From: an uncultured Aeriscardovia sp.
GTDB lineage: Bacteria; Actinomycetota; Actinomycetes; Actinomycetales; Bifidobacteriaceae
Reading direction: 5' to 3'
Assembly (NCBI GenBank): GCA_903789535.1
Contig: CAIFES010000004.1
Location: forward strand, 6,255 to 70,254
Length of the DNA: 64,000 nt
This document shows, in pieces, positions 1 to 9,554 of the stretch. Position 1 is the first letter of the stretch; the number at the start of each line of letters is the position of its first letter. The translations under genes and the position numbers were made by a program. The notes under the pieces were generated by a model. It was not told the DNA's origin. It did not search any database and saw only the letters and a program-made list of their open reading frames with translations.

Positions 1-664
1 TCTTGCCGAGTACCCAGACGATGAGCGCGGCACCGATGAGGTTCCAGATCATCTCATACAGGAATGTGGGATGGAACAGGGTGTCCGCGCCGCTCGGGCA
101 GGAAGACCCACCATAACACTGCTCGGAATGGCCGATGGCATCGGCGGAAAGATTGAGTTTGAGGCCCCACGGCAGCGTCGTCGGCTTGCCGTACAGCTCC
201 TGATTGAACCAGTTGCCGAGTCTGCCGACGGCCTGGGCGACGAGCAGGCCCGGCGCCAGGGCGTCAGCAAGGAGCCAGAACGAATAGCCTTTATGATGCG
301 CCCACAGTGCCACACCGATCGCGCCGCCGATCAGCCCGCCGAAGATGGCCATCCCACCCTGCCAGACCTTCCAGATGTTGCTCGGATCGCCTCCGAGCCA
401 GGGGAAGTAGTCGTACGGAACGGTGATCACATGGAAGAGTCTGGCCCCCACGAGCCCGCACGGGATGCCGATCAGGGCGGCATCCAGCACCTGGTCGAAG
501 GTCCCTCCGAGTTTCTTCCAGCGATGCGTGAGGATCCAGACGGCAAGAACCATACCGGTCAGCATGGTGATGGCATACATGTGGATCGTCAGTGAGCCGA
601 TGTGGAATGTCGAGAACGAGGGTGAGGGAATATACGCGAGATGGAGCATGGCGGCGCTGGACAT
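1..664 (-). CDS. lgt: Prolipoprotein diacylglyceryl transferase; 3' end runs off the left edge of the window
   Basis: My own minus-strand translation from ATG at 664 gives MSSAAMLHLAYIPSPSFSTFHIGSLTIHMYAITMLTGMVLAVWILTHRW...GGMAIFGGLIGG...GRLGNWFNQELYGKPT. These are typical Lgt motifs and the protein is multi-TM. It is absent from the ORF track because no stop lies inside the window. The listed ORFs 71..595(+) and 291..752(-) are other frames. Confidence 0.8.
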   Translation of the reverse strand, partial: MSSAAMLHLAYIPSPSFSTFHIGSLTIHMYAITMLTGMVLAVWILTHRWKKLGGTFDQVLDAALIGIPCGLVGARLFHVITVPYDYFPWLGGDPSNIWKVWQGGMAIFGGLIGGAIGVALWAHHKGYSFWLLADALAPGLLVAQAVGRLGNWFNQELYGKPTTLPWGLKLNLSADAIGHSEQCYGGSSCPSGADTLFHPTFLYEMIWNLIGAALIVWVLGK

Positions 665-734
665 CACATTCTCCTTTCGTGCCAGATGAGCGTGGCACGC
701 GGACGACGACGATTGATGGACAAAGAATAGACGT

Positions 735-798
735 AAAAACGCCGGACCGCATTAGAACAACGCCTCAGCCGCGACCAACGTCTGAGCCGGGCGGTCCG
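735..798 (-). terminator. Possible structured terminator after cdsA
   Basis: On the minus strand, CGGACCGC ... GCGGTCCG enclose an inner CTCAG/CTGAG stem and are followed by GGCGTTTTTAC. The long loop makes this tentative. Confidence 0.3.
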
Positions 799-803
799 TG
801 CGC

Positions 804-1847
804 TCAAACGCCAAATGCGGACAGAAGGAAGAAGCAGACCGGCGCTGCGAGGATGATGCTGTCCGCGCGGTCAAGCACACCACCATGGCCGGCGAGGATG
901 TGGCCCATATCCTTCAGCCCGAGATCGCGCTTGATCATTGAGGCAGACAGGTCACCGAGCGTTCCCACAACGGTGACGGCAAGGCCCAGCACCACCGGCT
1001 TCCACCAGCCACCCGAGAGGAAGTCATGGGAGAATCCGATTCCGTAGATGGCCAGCGCGCCGATGACGGCGAACAGCAGGCTGCCACACAATCCCTCATA
1101 TGACTTTTTGGGCGAGATACGTGGCGAGAGCTTGTGCTTGCCGAAAGCAGCGCCGAAGATGAGGCCGCCCGTGTCCGACAGCGCGGGCAGGAAGATGGCG
1201 AGCATGAGCTTCGTCTGATAGTTGTCCTGCGTGAGCAGCAGGACGAGGAAACCGGCGAGGAGCGTCACATACAGCAGCGCGAGTGTCGTGGCCACACTAT
1301 CGGCGAGACGACCGGAGAAGAACGCAGGGCGCATGGCGGAGACGAATACCGTCCGCCCCTTGCCCTCCGACCTGAGCGAGGCCTGTTCGACCTTCTCGAT
1401 GCGTCGGCGCTGCCAGGAGGTGAATTGCTCGAAAGGGCTGACCGCCGCGGTGATCAGGCACACGAGCAGCGAGAGGAGGACGGTCTGCGCCAAGACGGTC
1501 TCGTGGTCGGGCAGGAAATAGGTGCACAGTGTGATGGCGATCCCGCAAATCGTCAGCACGATGAGCGGGATGGAGATTCCGGCTGTGGCGAAGTTGTACC
1601 GCAGCTCGTACAGGGCGAGCGCGACGAACACGGTGATGAGAACGGCGAAGGCGGTCGGTGAGACAAAGAGCAGGATGAGGACGAGCGCCACGAGCGCCAC
1701 ACCGGTGGCGATGGCGACCGGCAGATTACGGCCGGTACGCTTGTTGATCTGTCGGAGCTCCTTTTCCGCCTGTTCGTGTCGTTCTTCGTGCTCCTCACGT
1801 CGACGTTCGGCATCCGGTCTGCGTGACGGTGTGCGTGTGCTCGGCAT
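804..1847 (-). CDS. cdsA: Phosphatidate cytidylyltransferase
   Basis: C-terminal signature SMIKRDLGLKDMGHILAGHGGVLDRADS and a multi-TM body. I prefer the internal ATG at 1847 (MPSTRTP...), which is preceded by AAGAGGAGAG. The ORF-track start at 1946 is the alternative. Confidence 0.85.
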   Translation of the reverse strand: MPSTRTPSRRPDAERRREEHEERHEQAEKELRQINKRTGRNLPVAIATGVALVALVLILLFVSPTAFAVLITVFVALALYELRYNFATAGISIPLIVLTICGIAITLCTYFLPDHETVLAQTVLLSLLVCLITAAVSPFEQFTSWQRRRIEKVEQASLRSEGKGRTVFVSAMRPAFFSGRLADSVATTLALLYVTLLAGFLVLLLTQDNYQTKLMLAIFLPALSDTGGLIFGAAFGKHKLSPRISPKKSYEGLCGSLLFAVIGALAIYGIGFSHDFLSGGWWKPVVLGLAVTVVGTLGDLSASMIKRDLGLKDMGHILAGHGGVLDRADSIILAAPVCFFLLSAFGV

Positions 1848-1960
1848 CCTGCTCTCCTCTTGCCCTGCTTTGCCTGATCCGTACGGATCTTCCAGTCGGC
1901 GGTATGCCGGTGGCGGGGGCTGCTCTCCCCCGCAGTGTGCCGTCATGGCCGCAGTCTGTG

Positions 1961-2515
1961 TCAGACCTCGAGGATTTCCTTCTGCTTGGCGGCAAGGAGA
2001 TCATCGATCGTCGCCGAATATTTCTTCGTCAGATCATCGAGCTGCTTGAACAGCGCGTCACGGTCATCCTCGGTCATCTCATCATTTTTGAGTGCCTTCT
2101 CGGCATCCTCGCGCGCGTTGCGGCGGATGGACCGGAGGGAGACCTTGCCCTTCTCCGCCTCGTCCTTGGCCAGACGTACGTATTCCTTGCGGCGATCTTC
2201 CGTCAGCTCCGGCAGGGTGATGCGTACGACATTGCCGTCGCGGGAGGGATTCACGCCGAGGTCCGAGTCACGGATGGCTTTTTCCACTGCGCCCGCCTGC
2301 GAGGCGTCGTAGGGGGTGACGGAGAGCGTGCGTGGTTCCGGCACCCCGATGGTGGCCATCTGGTGCAGCGGTGTGGGCGCCCCGTAGTAATTGATGACGA
2401 TGCCGTTGAGCAGGTTCGGGTTCGCGCGTCCGGTGCGAATGCCGGCGAAGTTCTCCTTCGTCGCCTCGATGGTCTTGTCCATCTTCTGGTGTGCGCTGTC
2501 AATGAGGGATGCCAT
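1961..2515 (-). CDS. frr: Ribosome recycling factor
   Basis: 184 aa. MASLIDSAHQKMDKTIEATKENFAGIRTGRANPNLL... is typical Frr. AAGGAG lies upstream and the gene follows pyrH in the conserved order. Confidence 0.95.
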   Translation of the reverse strand: MASLIDSAHQKMDKTIEATKENFAGIRTGRANPNLLNGIVINYYGAPTPLHQMATIGVPEPRTLSVTPYDASQAGAVEKAIRDSDLGVNPSRDGNVVRITLPELTEDRRKEYVRLAKDEAEKGKVSLRSIRRNAREDAEKALKNDEMTEDDRDALFKQLDDLTKKYSATIDDLLAAKQKEILEV

Positions 2516-2648
2516 GGTGCTCCTTTGCTCTGGACTCGGTCAGCCCCGCCGATGCATAGAGGGAGGATACCGGGTTCTTCTTTATGGACGCTGTCGTGCG
2601 CTTCTGTATCCCAGCTTATCAGGCCGGTGATGGCGGCTGACCGGCCGG

Positions 2649-3380
2649 TCACTCGCCTTTGTCGGAGACGAGGGTGCCGATCTTCTCGCCGAGCAACGCC
2701 CGGGTGACATTGCCCGGCTCCTCGAGGCCGAACACACGGATGATCTGATGATTGTCGCGTGCCATGGACAGTGCGGAGGCATCCATGACGGCGAGGTTTT
2801 TGACAAGCGCCGTCTGATACGAGAGATTATCGTATTTCCGGGCGTTCGGGTTCTTCCGAGGATCGGAATCATAGACACCGTCGACGCCGTTCTTGCCCAT
2901 GAGCACTTCCTCGCAGCGGATCTCGAGGGATCGCTGGATGGAGACGGTATCAGTGGAGAAATACGGCATTCCCGCGCCCGCGCCGAAGATGACGACGCGG
3001 CCTTTCTCAAGATGACGGATCGCGCGCAGCGGAATGTACGGCTCGGCGACCTGTGCCATGTTGATGGCGGTCTGCACACGGGTGGGCTGGCCGACCTGTT
3101 CAAGGAAGTCCTGCAGCGCCAGGCAGTTCATCACCGTTCCGAGCATGCCCATATAGTCGCCGCGGCGACGGTCCAATCCCGCCTGCTGCAGCTCGGCGCC
3201 GCGGAAGAAGTTGCCTCCGCCGACGACGATGGCCACCTGGACACCCTTGTCGACTGCTGCTTTGATCTCTTTGGCGATGCGACGGATGATGTCGGTGTCG
3301 ATGCCGACTTTTCCTCCGCCGAAAGCCTCACCGGAGAGTTTGAGAAGAACACGCCGCTTGCGGGTGTCGTCGTTGGCCAT
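2649..3380 (-). CDS. pyrH: UMP kinase
   Basis: [13 protein letters not shown] and [13 protein letters not shown] motifs. The start is set at ATG 3380 ([10 protein letters not shown]), preceded by GGAAGG. The ORF track extends to 3428. Confidence 0.95.
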   Translation of the reverse strand: MANDDTRKRRVLLKLSGEAFGGGKVGIDTDIIRRIAKEIKAAVDKGVQVAIVVGGGNFFRGAELQQAGLDRRRGDYMGMLGTVMNCLALQDFLEQVGQPTRVQTAINMAQVAEPYIPLRAIRHLEKGRVVIFGAGAGMPYFSTDTVSIQRSLEIRCEEVLMGKNGVDGVYDSDPRKNPNARKYDNLSYQTALVKNLAVMDASALSMARDNHQIIRVFGLEEPGNVTRALLGEKIGTLVSDKGE

Positions 3381-3610
3381 GTCAGTCCTTCCGCGTGACG
3401 GGCGGTTGGCCGCCCGTGCGGCCGTCATTGGCCGCCTCTGCGTCTTTCATGGCCAGTCTACGGGCCGCAGCCGACTCGGCGGCTGCCTCGCAGCAAGCTC
3501 GACGACTATCTGAAGGACACGCGATCGGGTGCATGAAGACGCAAAAAGCCGGGTCAGATGACCCGGCTTTTCACTTGGTGAGCCTCATGCCGGAGGCAAT
3601 TGGGTCTGTC

Positions 3611-4492
3611 TCACTCTTCGCTCTCGGCGGCGTCCTGCTCCTGCTCGGCGAGCTTGCCGACCTCGATGCGCAGCATCGCCTCGGCCGTCGCACCGGCCTC
3701 CTTGAAGAGCTGGCCGACGGTCTTGTGAGGATCCTTGACGAACTCCTGGTCAAGGAGCACATGATCCTTGTAGAAGGCCTTGATGGCGCCCTTGACGATG
3801 TTCGGGATGATTTTCTCCGGCTTGCCCTGCTCACGGAACTTGTTGGACTCGACCTCGGTCTCGTGGTCGATGACCTCCTGCGGCACGTCGTCCTCGCTGA
3901 GCCAGGACGGCGACATGGCGGAGATCTGCAGGGTCACGTCGTGGGCGATGTCGGCGCCCTTGGCGTCGGTGGCGATCATGGCGACGGTGGACGGCGGGAA
4001 GTCGGCCGACTTCTTGTGCGCGTACACGTCGATGACCTCACCCTCGATACGGGCGAACGCGCCGAGCTTGACATGCTCCTTGAAGAGCGCGCCGGCAGCG
4101 GTGATGGAATCGGCCACGGTGCCGTCATCGGTCGGGGCGGCGAGGATCTCCTCCTTGGTGGTGGCCTTCGCCTTGACGACGGCATCGATGATCTTGTCAC
4201 CGTACTCGCGGAACTGCGGGGTCTCGGCCACGAAATCGGTCTCGGAGTTGAGCTCGAGGGCATAACCGGCCTTCTTGCCGTTCTCCTCGACGACCCTGTA
4301 GGCCACGAGGCCTTCCTGGGCCTTGCGTCCCTCGCGCTTGCCGGCGGCGGCGACGCCCTTCTCGCGCAGAATGTCCTTGGCCTTCTGCACGTCACCCTCG
4401 GCCTCGGTGAGGGCGGACTTGACGGCCATCATGCCGGCACCGGTGTCGTTGCGGACCTGCTTGATCAGGGCAAGAGTAATCTTCTGAGCCAT
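3611..4492 (-). CDS. tsf: Elongation factor Ts
   Basis: MAQKITLALIKQVRNDTGAGMMAVKSALTEAEGDVQKAKDILREKG is the EF-Ts N-terminal UBA-like domain. The start is at 4492 after AGGAGC, and the gene follows rpsB. Confidence 0.95.
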   Translation of the reverse strand: MAQKITLALIKQVRNDTGAGMMAVKSALTEAEGDVQKAKDILREKGVAAAGKREGRKAQEGLVAYRVVEENGKKAGYALELNSETDFVAETPQFREYGDKIIDAVVKAKATTKEEILAAPTDDGTVADSITAAGALFKEHVKLGAFARIEGEVIDVYAHKKSADFPPSTVAMIATDAKGADIAHDVTLQISAMSPSWLSEDDVPQEVIDHETEVESNKFREQGKPEKIIPNIVKGAIKAFYKDHVLLDQEFVKDPHKTVGQLFKEAGATAEAMLRIEVGKLAEQEQDAAESEE

Positions 4493-4587
4493 TTCTGCTC
4501 CTGGATTGAGATGAATGCTGAAAAGAAATGCGATGAAAAGGCGGACGGCGGAGCGGGCAGAACCCGTGGCCGTCGTCCGCCGCGGGC

Positions 4588-5469
4588 TCACTCGGCCTGG
4601 GCCGGCTTGTCCTCGGACTCGGCCTTCTTCGCGGCCTCGTCGACGCTCTTCTGGGCGGCCTCATCAGCCTGGGACTCACCCTTCTTGAGCAGATCCTTCT
4701 CCCACTCGGCCATCGGCTGGGCGGCGGAGGACTTGTCAGACGACGCGGCGCTGTCGGAAGCGGCGGCCTTGGCGGACTTGTCGCGCTCGAGCAGACCATC
4801 GGCCACGGCATCGGCCATGAGGGTGGTCAGCAGCGTGACGCCGCGGATGGCGTCATCGTTGGCCGGGATCGGGTAGTTGACCAGATCCGGGTCGGTGTTC
4901 GTGTCGACCAGGGCGACGACCGGGATACCCAGCTTGTGGGCCTCGTCGACGGCGAGGGCCTCGCGGTTGATGTCCACGACGAACAGCGCCGAAGGGGTGC
5001 GGTTCATGTCACGGATGCCGCCGAGCTGGCGATCGAGCTTGTCCTTCTCACGATGCAGGAGCAGCAGCTCCTTCTTCGTGTGGCCGGAACCGTGCACATC
5101 GTCGAAGTCCATCTCATCGAGCTGCTTCATACGGGTGACGCGGCTGGAGACGGTGCGGAAGTTGGTGAGCATGCCGCCGAGCCAGCGCTCGGAGACATAC
5201 GGCATACCAACGCGTGTCGCCTGCTCCTTGATGGCCTCCTGCGCCTGCTTCTTCGTGCCGACGAAGAGAATCGTGCCGTTGTGGGCGACGGTCTGCTTGA
5301 TGAAGTCGTAGGCGACGTTGATGCAGTCGAGCGTCTTGAAAAGATCGATGATGTGGATGCCGTTGCGCTCCATGAGGATGAACTGCTTCATCTTCGGGTT
5401 CCAGCGGCTGGTCTGATGACCGAAGTGAACTCCCGCCTTGAGGAGCTCGCTCATGGTGACTTGTGCCAT
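4588..5469 (-). CDS. rpsB: 30S ribosomal protein S2 with an acidic/alanine-rich C-terminal tail
   Basis: [27 protein letters not shown] is canonical S2. The start is set at ATG 5469; the ORF track extends to 5634. Confidence 0.95.
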   Translation of the reverse strand: MAQVTMSELLKAGVHFGHQTSRWNPKMKQFILMERNGIHIIDLFKTLDCINVAYDFIKQTVAHNGTILFVGTKKQAQEAIKEQATRVGMPYVSERWLGGMLTNFRTVSSRVTRMKQLDEMDFDDVHGSGHTKKELLLLHREKDKLDRQLGGIRDMNRTPSALFVVDINREALAVDEAHKLGIPVVALVDTNTDPDLVNYPIPANDDAIRGVTLLTTLMADAVADGLLERDKSAKAAASDSAASSDKSSAAQPMAEWEKDLLKKGESQADEAAQKSVDEAAKKAESEDKPAQAE

Positions 5470-5630
5470 GATTGATACCTTTCTGTCGGTTAAGCCTGGC
5501 CATGGGCACCCGTCTGCAGCTCCCGAGGGAGCCGACCGACACGGGCCATCGCTGTCATGACGCGATTTCGGTGTGGGGATGACAATAAAGCGGCGTGACA
5601 CCCTGCGACCGGGTATCGTGCCAAAACACA

Positions 5631-5663
5631 CCAAAACGAAATAATACGCCGCTCAAGCGACGG
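5631..5663 (-). terminator. Probable intrinsic terminator downstream of def
   Basis: The minus strand reads GCCGTCGC-TTGA-GCGGCG (6-bp stem with one G.U pair), followed by TATTATTTCGTTTTGG. Confidence 0.4.
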
Positions 5664-5799
5664 CAAAACACTTCCCGGGCACGCACAATGCGCTCCGAAG
5701 AACCGGATCACGGCCTGACATCGGCGATCAGATCACAGCACAGGGCCGGCGCACCTCACGGAAAGATCGGACCCGCGCACAGGCGTGTGGAAGATCGGC

Positions 5800-6300
5800 T
5801 CAGAGGCGTGTGGTCTGGAACGGATGCTCGCGCAGATAGATCATGGCCTTGCGGCGCTCGTCCTTTTCCAGACGGTCAATGAAGACATGGCCGTCGAGAT
5901 GGTCGCACTCATGCTGAAGCATACGGCCCATGATGCCCCTTCCCTCAAGGACGATCTCATTGCCGTCGAGATCGATGCCACGGGCCTTGGCATAGTCGGC
6001 GCGGCGTGTCTTGTACCACAGGCCCGGCAGGGACAGGCATCCCTCATCGCCGTACTGTTCTCCGCTGCGTTCGACGATACGCGGGTTGATCATGTAGCCG
6101 ATCTTGCCGTCGACGTTATAGGAGAACACGCGCAGGCCCACCCCGATCTGGTTGGCGGACAGACCCGCACGGCCGGGATCGTCGACCGTATCGAGTAGGT
6201 CGCGCACGAGCTCCCGCACAGCCGGGGTGATGGAGCGCACCTCATCGCACGGGGTGCGCAGCACCGGATCAGGAATGACGCGGATCTGCCGGATTGCCAT
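5800..6300 (-). CDS. def: Peptide deformylase
   Basis: EGCLSLPG and HECDHLDG metal-binding motifs. AGGAGGAGGA lies upstream of ATG 6300. Confidence 0.95.
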   Translation of the reverse strand: MAIRQIRVIPDPVLRTPCDEVRSITPAVRELVRDLLDTVDDPGRAGLSANQIGVGLRVFSYNVDGKIGYMINPRIVERSGEQYGDEGCLSLPGLWYKTRRADYAKARGIDLDGNEIVLEGRGIMGRMLQHECDHLDGHVFIDRLEKDERRKAMIYLREHPFQTTRL

Positions 6301-6364
6301 GGTTGTCGTGTCCTCCTCCTGCCGGCGGTGCCGGCCTGAAAGGTATCAAAGCCTCTGAGATATG

Positions 6365-6393
6365 AAAAAAGGCCAGACGATGAACGCCTGACC
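6365..6393 (-). terminator. Intrinsic terminator downstream of tRNA-Asn
   Basis: The minus strand reads GGTCAGGCG-TTCAT-CGTCTGGCC (9-bp stem with two G.U pairs), followed by TTTTTT. Confidence 0.6.
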
Positions 6394-6401
6394 TTTACCC
6401 G

Positions 6402-6474
6402 CTCCCGCAGCTGGACTCGAACCGGCGACATTTCGATTAACAGTCGAACGCTCTACCAACTGAGCTATGCGGGA
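6402..6474 (-). tRNA. tRNA-Asn (anticodon GTT)
   Basis: Manual cloverleaf on the minus strand: TCCCGCA TA GCTC AGTTGGTA GAGC G TTCGA CTGTTAA TCGAA ATGTC GCCGG TTCGAGT CCAGC TGCGGGA G. It has a 7-bp acceptor stem, anticodon loop CT-GTT-AA and a T-loop TTCGAGT with one C.A mismatch in the T stem. CCA is not encoded. Confidence 0.9.
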
Positions 6475-6992
6475 ATATCGCGAACAAAAGAAAGAATACT
6501 CAGCATTGCGACAAATGCAAGACCTGTCGGCATTTTTTGTCCGCACGCTCAGGATACAGGGTGGACGATCGCTGCAATTTCGCGGATATACGACCTCCGC
6601 CATACGGATGGCATCCTGCTCCCCCGCGGCGTGTCGTGGATTCATTTCGACGTGGTCATTCTGGAACTGGGGTTGTTCGTTCTGGATCAGGCACAGACTG
6701 TATGACCCGTGCCCAGTTCCTGGTTCTTTCGATCAGAGCCGATCGCCAGTTTTCCACATTCGCGGCTGGGCGGCGCGGGAACTCATGTGCCCGGGAACAA
6801 TGAGCAGCAACACCGCAATCTAGGTCGTGCGGTGTTCGGCGGCCGGCCGTGGTCGGTTCATATTTCGGAAAAGAAGCAGAGATGTGGAGACAATCCCCGT
6901 CAAGCGCACGGCACCCAAGCGCGCAGCAACGTCGCTATCGGGACTATCAGTCTGTGAGGAACAGATGCGGGAGGGGGCGTGCCGTGCGTGCC

Positions 6993-7697
6993 ATGATCGT
7001 CGAGTCTGTTCTCTCGGTCGTGGCCGTGGCGGTCATCGGTCTCGAAGCGTCAATGCCGGCTTTGGCCGACGACGCGCCTGTATCGGACGATGCGGCATGC
7101 GCGGTATGGCACTGGCCGGTCAGGACACAGGAAGACAGAGAAGACATGGACGACGCAGGACACGGGTGTGCCCGGCATGTGCTGCGGAAGGCTGACATCC
7201 CTGCGAAGAATTGGCAGAAAGGGCATCGCGGCGTCGATCTTCCTGCCAGGCGGACGGCCACCCTCGTTTCTCCCACGGAGGGGACGGTGATGTTCTCAGG
7301 CCGCGTCGCGGGCAAAGATGTCGTCACGCTCCGCACGGATACGGGACTGACCGTCAGTTTTGAACCGGCCGTTTCCGCCCGCGCGCTCCACGACCATGTG
7401 CGTCGCGGTGAGCAGATCGGTACAGCGGAGGGTGGCTCGGATCATTGCGGGAGCACCTGCGTCCATGTGGGCGTGCGTCGTGGCGACCAGTACCTGGATC
7501 CGCTGATCTTCCTGCTTGGCAGACAGATCCGGCTCAAGCCGGCACATTCATGCCGGCAGGCCGGCTGGCAGGAATCCCCTGACACATCAGGATTCCCGTC
7601 GATCGTGTCTCAGATGCCCGCGTCGGCGGCGCTGATGTACCCGTCATCGACGAGGACGGATTTGAGTGTGGAATCGTCGACGAAGACGGTGGCGTAA
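6993..7697 (+). CDS. M23 family metallopeptidase, secreted
   Basis: HRGVDL and CVHVGVRRGDQYLDP motifs of the LytM/M23 fold, with a signal-like MIVESVLSVVAVAVIGLEASMPALA. The start is ATG 6993 or GTG 6984, after GGGAGGGGG. The C-terminal tail overlaps the convergent lipoprotein gene by 88 nt. Confidence 0.8.
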   Translation: MIVESVLSVVAVAVIGLEASMPALADDAPVSDDAACAVWHWPVRTQEDREDMDDAGHGCARHVLRKADIPAKNWQKGHRGVDLPARRTATLVSPTEGTVMFSGRVAGKDVVTLRTDTGLTVSFEPAVSARALHDHVRRGEQIGTAEGGSDHCGSTCVHVGVRRGDQYLDPLIFLLGRQIRLKPAHSCRQAGWQESPDTSGFPSIVSQMPASAALMYPSSTRTDLSVESSTKTVA

Positions 7698-9502
7698 TCG
7701 GTGACGGGGACCGTCTTCTTTGTGGAGGTGGCCGTCAGCCGTGCCGTCGTCGAGGTGAGCCCGGTCAGAAGACTTTTGCCTCGCGAGCAGTTACGGACGA
7801 TGGTCACCAGAGTGTCGGACAGCCTGTTCTGGTCGACGACGCCGGTCGCCCATTCCTGCCCGTTCGCCACTGAAGGCGCCGTCTGGCTGCTGCCGCCGAA
7901 ACCGACGACGATAGGCCAGGCGGAGGCGGAAGCCGTGCTCATACCGTCCGAGGAGGAGGCGGGATCCGGCACGCGTCCACGGATCAGGTCGGGAGAATGG
8001 CCGATGGTGCCGAGGATGCTGCCCAGCGTCACCTGCGGGTTGATGTCGGAGGCACTGCCCGTATATCCACGGGCTGTCAGCTCGCTGATCGTCAGTTTCG
8101 CCAGCGCGTCGTTGCCGGTCATCACGCCTGCGAGCGGCACGGCATCACCCGTACCGAGGACGACATGAGAGAGACGACCGAGAAGATGATCCTGTCCGAG
8201 CGGTCCTTGGGAGTCGGAGCCGGATTGCGAGGCTGCCAGGATCTGCTTGCGGCATGTGTCGAAGATGTGCTGGATACGGGAGGAGGCGTCATTCGCATCG
8301 GTCGGGACGACAAGATCGGCCCACTTGTGCGAGTCGGCGTCGGTGAGATGGATGTCATAGGCGTTATAGGCCACGCCGGAGGAAAAATACGGGCTAAGCA
8401 CGTCAAGAACGCCACGCAGATAGTCGTATGTGGCCGTCGGCAGCGCCTGGCGTGTCTGCTTCAGGCCGGTAGTGCTGATCTGTGACTGCAGGTCCTCGTC
8501 GGAAGGAAGGAGCAAGAGGATGGCACGTGGATTCTGTTTCGTGGCATCGGACAGACGAATTTTTTGCACGAGGTTGGCGGCCGCCGACTGACCGATCTCA
8601 TAGGCACTTGCCGTGCGTACAGCGGCGTCGGGTGCCGTCGTGCCGATGCCGGTGCCGAGGAAGACCACCCGCACGTGCCTGCTTTTCAATGAGGCGAGCG
8701 CAGTCGAGATCGTCGTGACATCGTTGGTGATCTGCCGGCAGCTGCTGTCATGCGTGGCATTGAGCGCCGCTTTCTGCCGGGCTTTGCGAACCTGTGTGGC
8801 TGTCTCGTCCTTGGCTGTCTCGTCATCGTCGGATGAGTCGGAGGAATCGGCGGAAGCGCTGTCATCGCTGCCCGAATCGGTGGTGCCCGTGTCAGTCGAT
8901 GAATTCGAGGAACCGGATGAGGAGGACGAATCCGAGTCTGCCGAGGAAGACGTTCCGGAGTCGGACGTATCCGAAGAGGACGAGTCCGCCTCCGTGGCGG
9001 ATACCGGGCAGGCGGGCGAGGAGGAGACACTAGTGGTCCCCACCAACGGGGAGAACAATGAGGAGGCAGCCCATCGCACCGCCGGGGAGAAGACGAGCAG
9101 ATCCTTGCTTTTCAGATGCGGGACGGATTGTGGATCGGACGAGCCGTCCGAGGCTGCCTTCTGTGACGTCGCCGACGAGACCGAACGGGCCAGAGAGCGC
9201 ACATACAGCGCCTGTTCGTGCAGCGAGCGTGTCTGGGAGAGTGTGACCTGGACCGCCGTACCGACGGTGCTTTTCTTTCCGGTGAGAGCATCGGTGAGCG
9301 TGGAGGCGAGCGCTGACCAGGAGTTGGAGGAGCCGTTCGTACCGTCCTCGTCGGTGGGCACGGACAGGACGACACGGGTTGACGCCGTCGTCGAGCCCTT
9401 CGTCGTGCTGACGGAGGCACCGCAGCCGCTGGCGGTCAGCAGCATGAAGGCCGTCATCGCCCCGAGCGCTGAGAAGAATCTGGTACGCATCATCAGCTCC
9501 AT
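7610..9502 (-). CDS. Lipoprotein with a periplasmic-binding-protein type I-like body, interrupted by a Ser/Asp-rich linker
   Basis: Lipobox MRTRFFSALGAMTAFMLLTASGC. The C-terminal half resembles sugar-binding PBP1 proteins (GVMTGNDALA..., PIVVGFGGS...). The start could be 9502, 9493 or 9490. Confidence 0.7.
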   Translation of the reverse strand: MELMMRTRFFSALGAMTAFMLLTASGCGASVSTTKGSTTASTRVVLSVPTDEDGTNGSSNSWSALASTLTDALTGKKSTVGTAVQVTLSQTRSLHEQALYVRSLARSVSSATSQKAASDGSSDPQSVPHLKSKDLLVFSPAVRWAASSLFSPLVGTTSVSSSPACPVSATEADSSSSDTSDSGTSSSADSDSSSSSGSSNSSTDTGTTDSGSDDSASADSSDSSDDDETAKDETATQVRKARQKAALNATHDSSCRQITNDVTTISTALASLKSRHVRVVFLGTGIGTTAPDAAVRTASAYEIGQSAAANLVQKIRLSDATKQNPRAILLLLPSDEDLQSQISTTGLKQTRQALPTATYDYLRGVLDVLSPYFSSGVAYNAYDIHLTDADSHKWADLVVPTDANDASSRIQHIFDTCRKQILAASQSGSDSQGPLGQDHLLGRLSHVVLGTGDAVPLAGVMTGNDALAKLTISELTARGYTGSASDINPQVTLGSILGTIGHSPDLIRGRVPDPASSSDGMSTASASAWPIVVGFGGSSQTAPSVANGQEWATGVVDQNRLSDTLVTIVRNCSRGKSLLTGLTSTTARLTATSTKKTVPVTDYATVFVDDSTLKSVLVDDGYISAADAGI

Positions 9503-9554
9503 CGTAACCGGTGGCCTTCGCCGGCACAGGCCTGATGGCAGTAGTGTAGGGAGT

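Noticed and set aside
71-752. Track ORFs 71..595(+) and 291..752(-) at the left edge.
   Set aside because: Both are wrong frames over lgt. The true frame is open to the window edge and is therefore missing from the track.
6402-6992. tRNA-Asn as an integration hotspot with an adjacent island; also a c-di-AMP (ydaO) riboswitch in the M23 leader.
   Set aside because: There is no integrase and no direct repeat of the tRNA 3' end nearby. The characteristic ydaO strings (for example ACCUCGUAAGCG-like, or GGGGUGAAUC) are not present as far as I can see.
8613-9554. The 5' two-fifths of the 688-aa plus-strand ORF, with an extremely acidic SSDESEESAE...EEDESESAEEDVPESD segment, could be read as a giant GuaB-fusion protein.
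   Set aside because: It is the antisense image of the Ser/Asp-rich lipoprotein gene. The GuaB3 homology starts only at MPQEQTIGRG (9555), which has its own SD.
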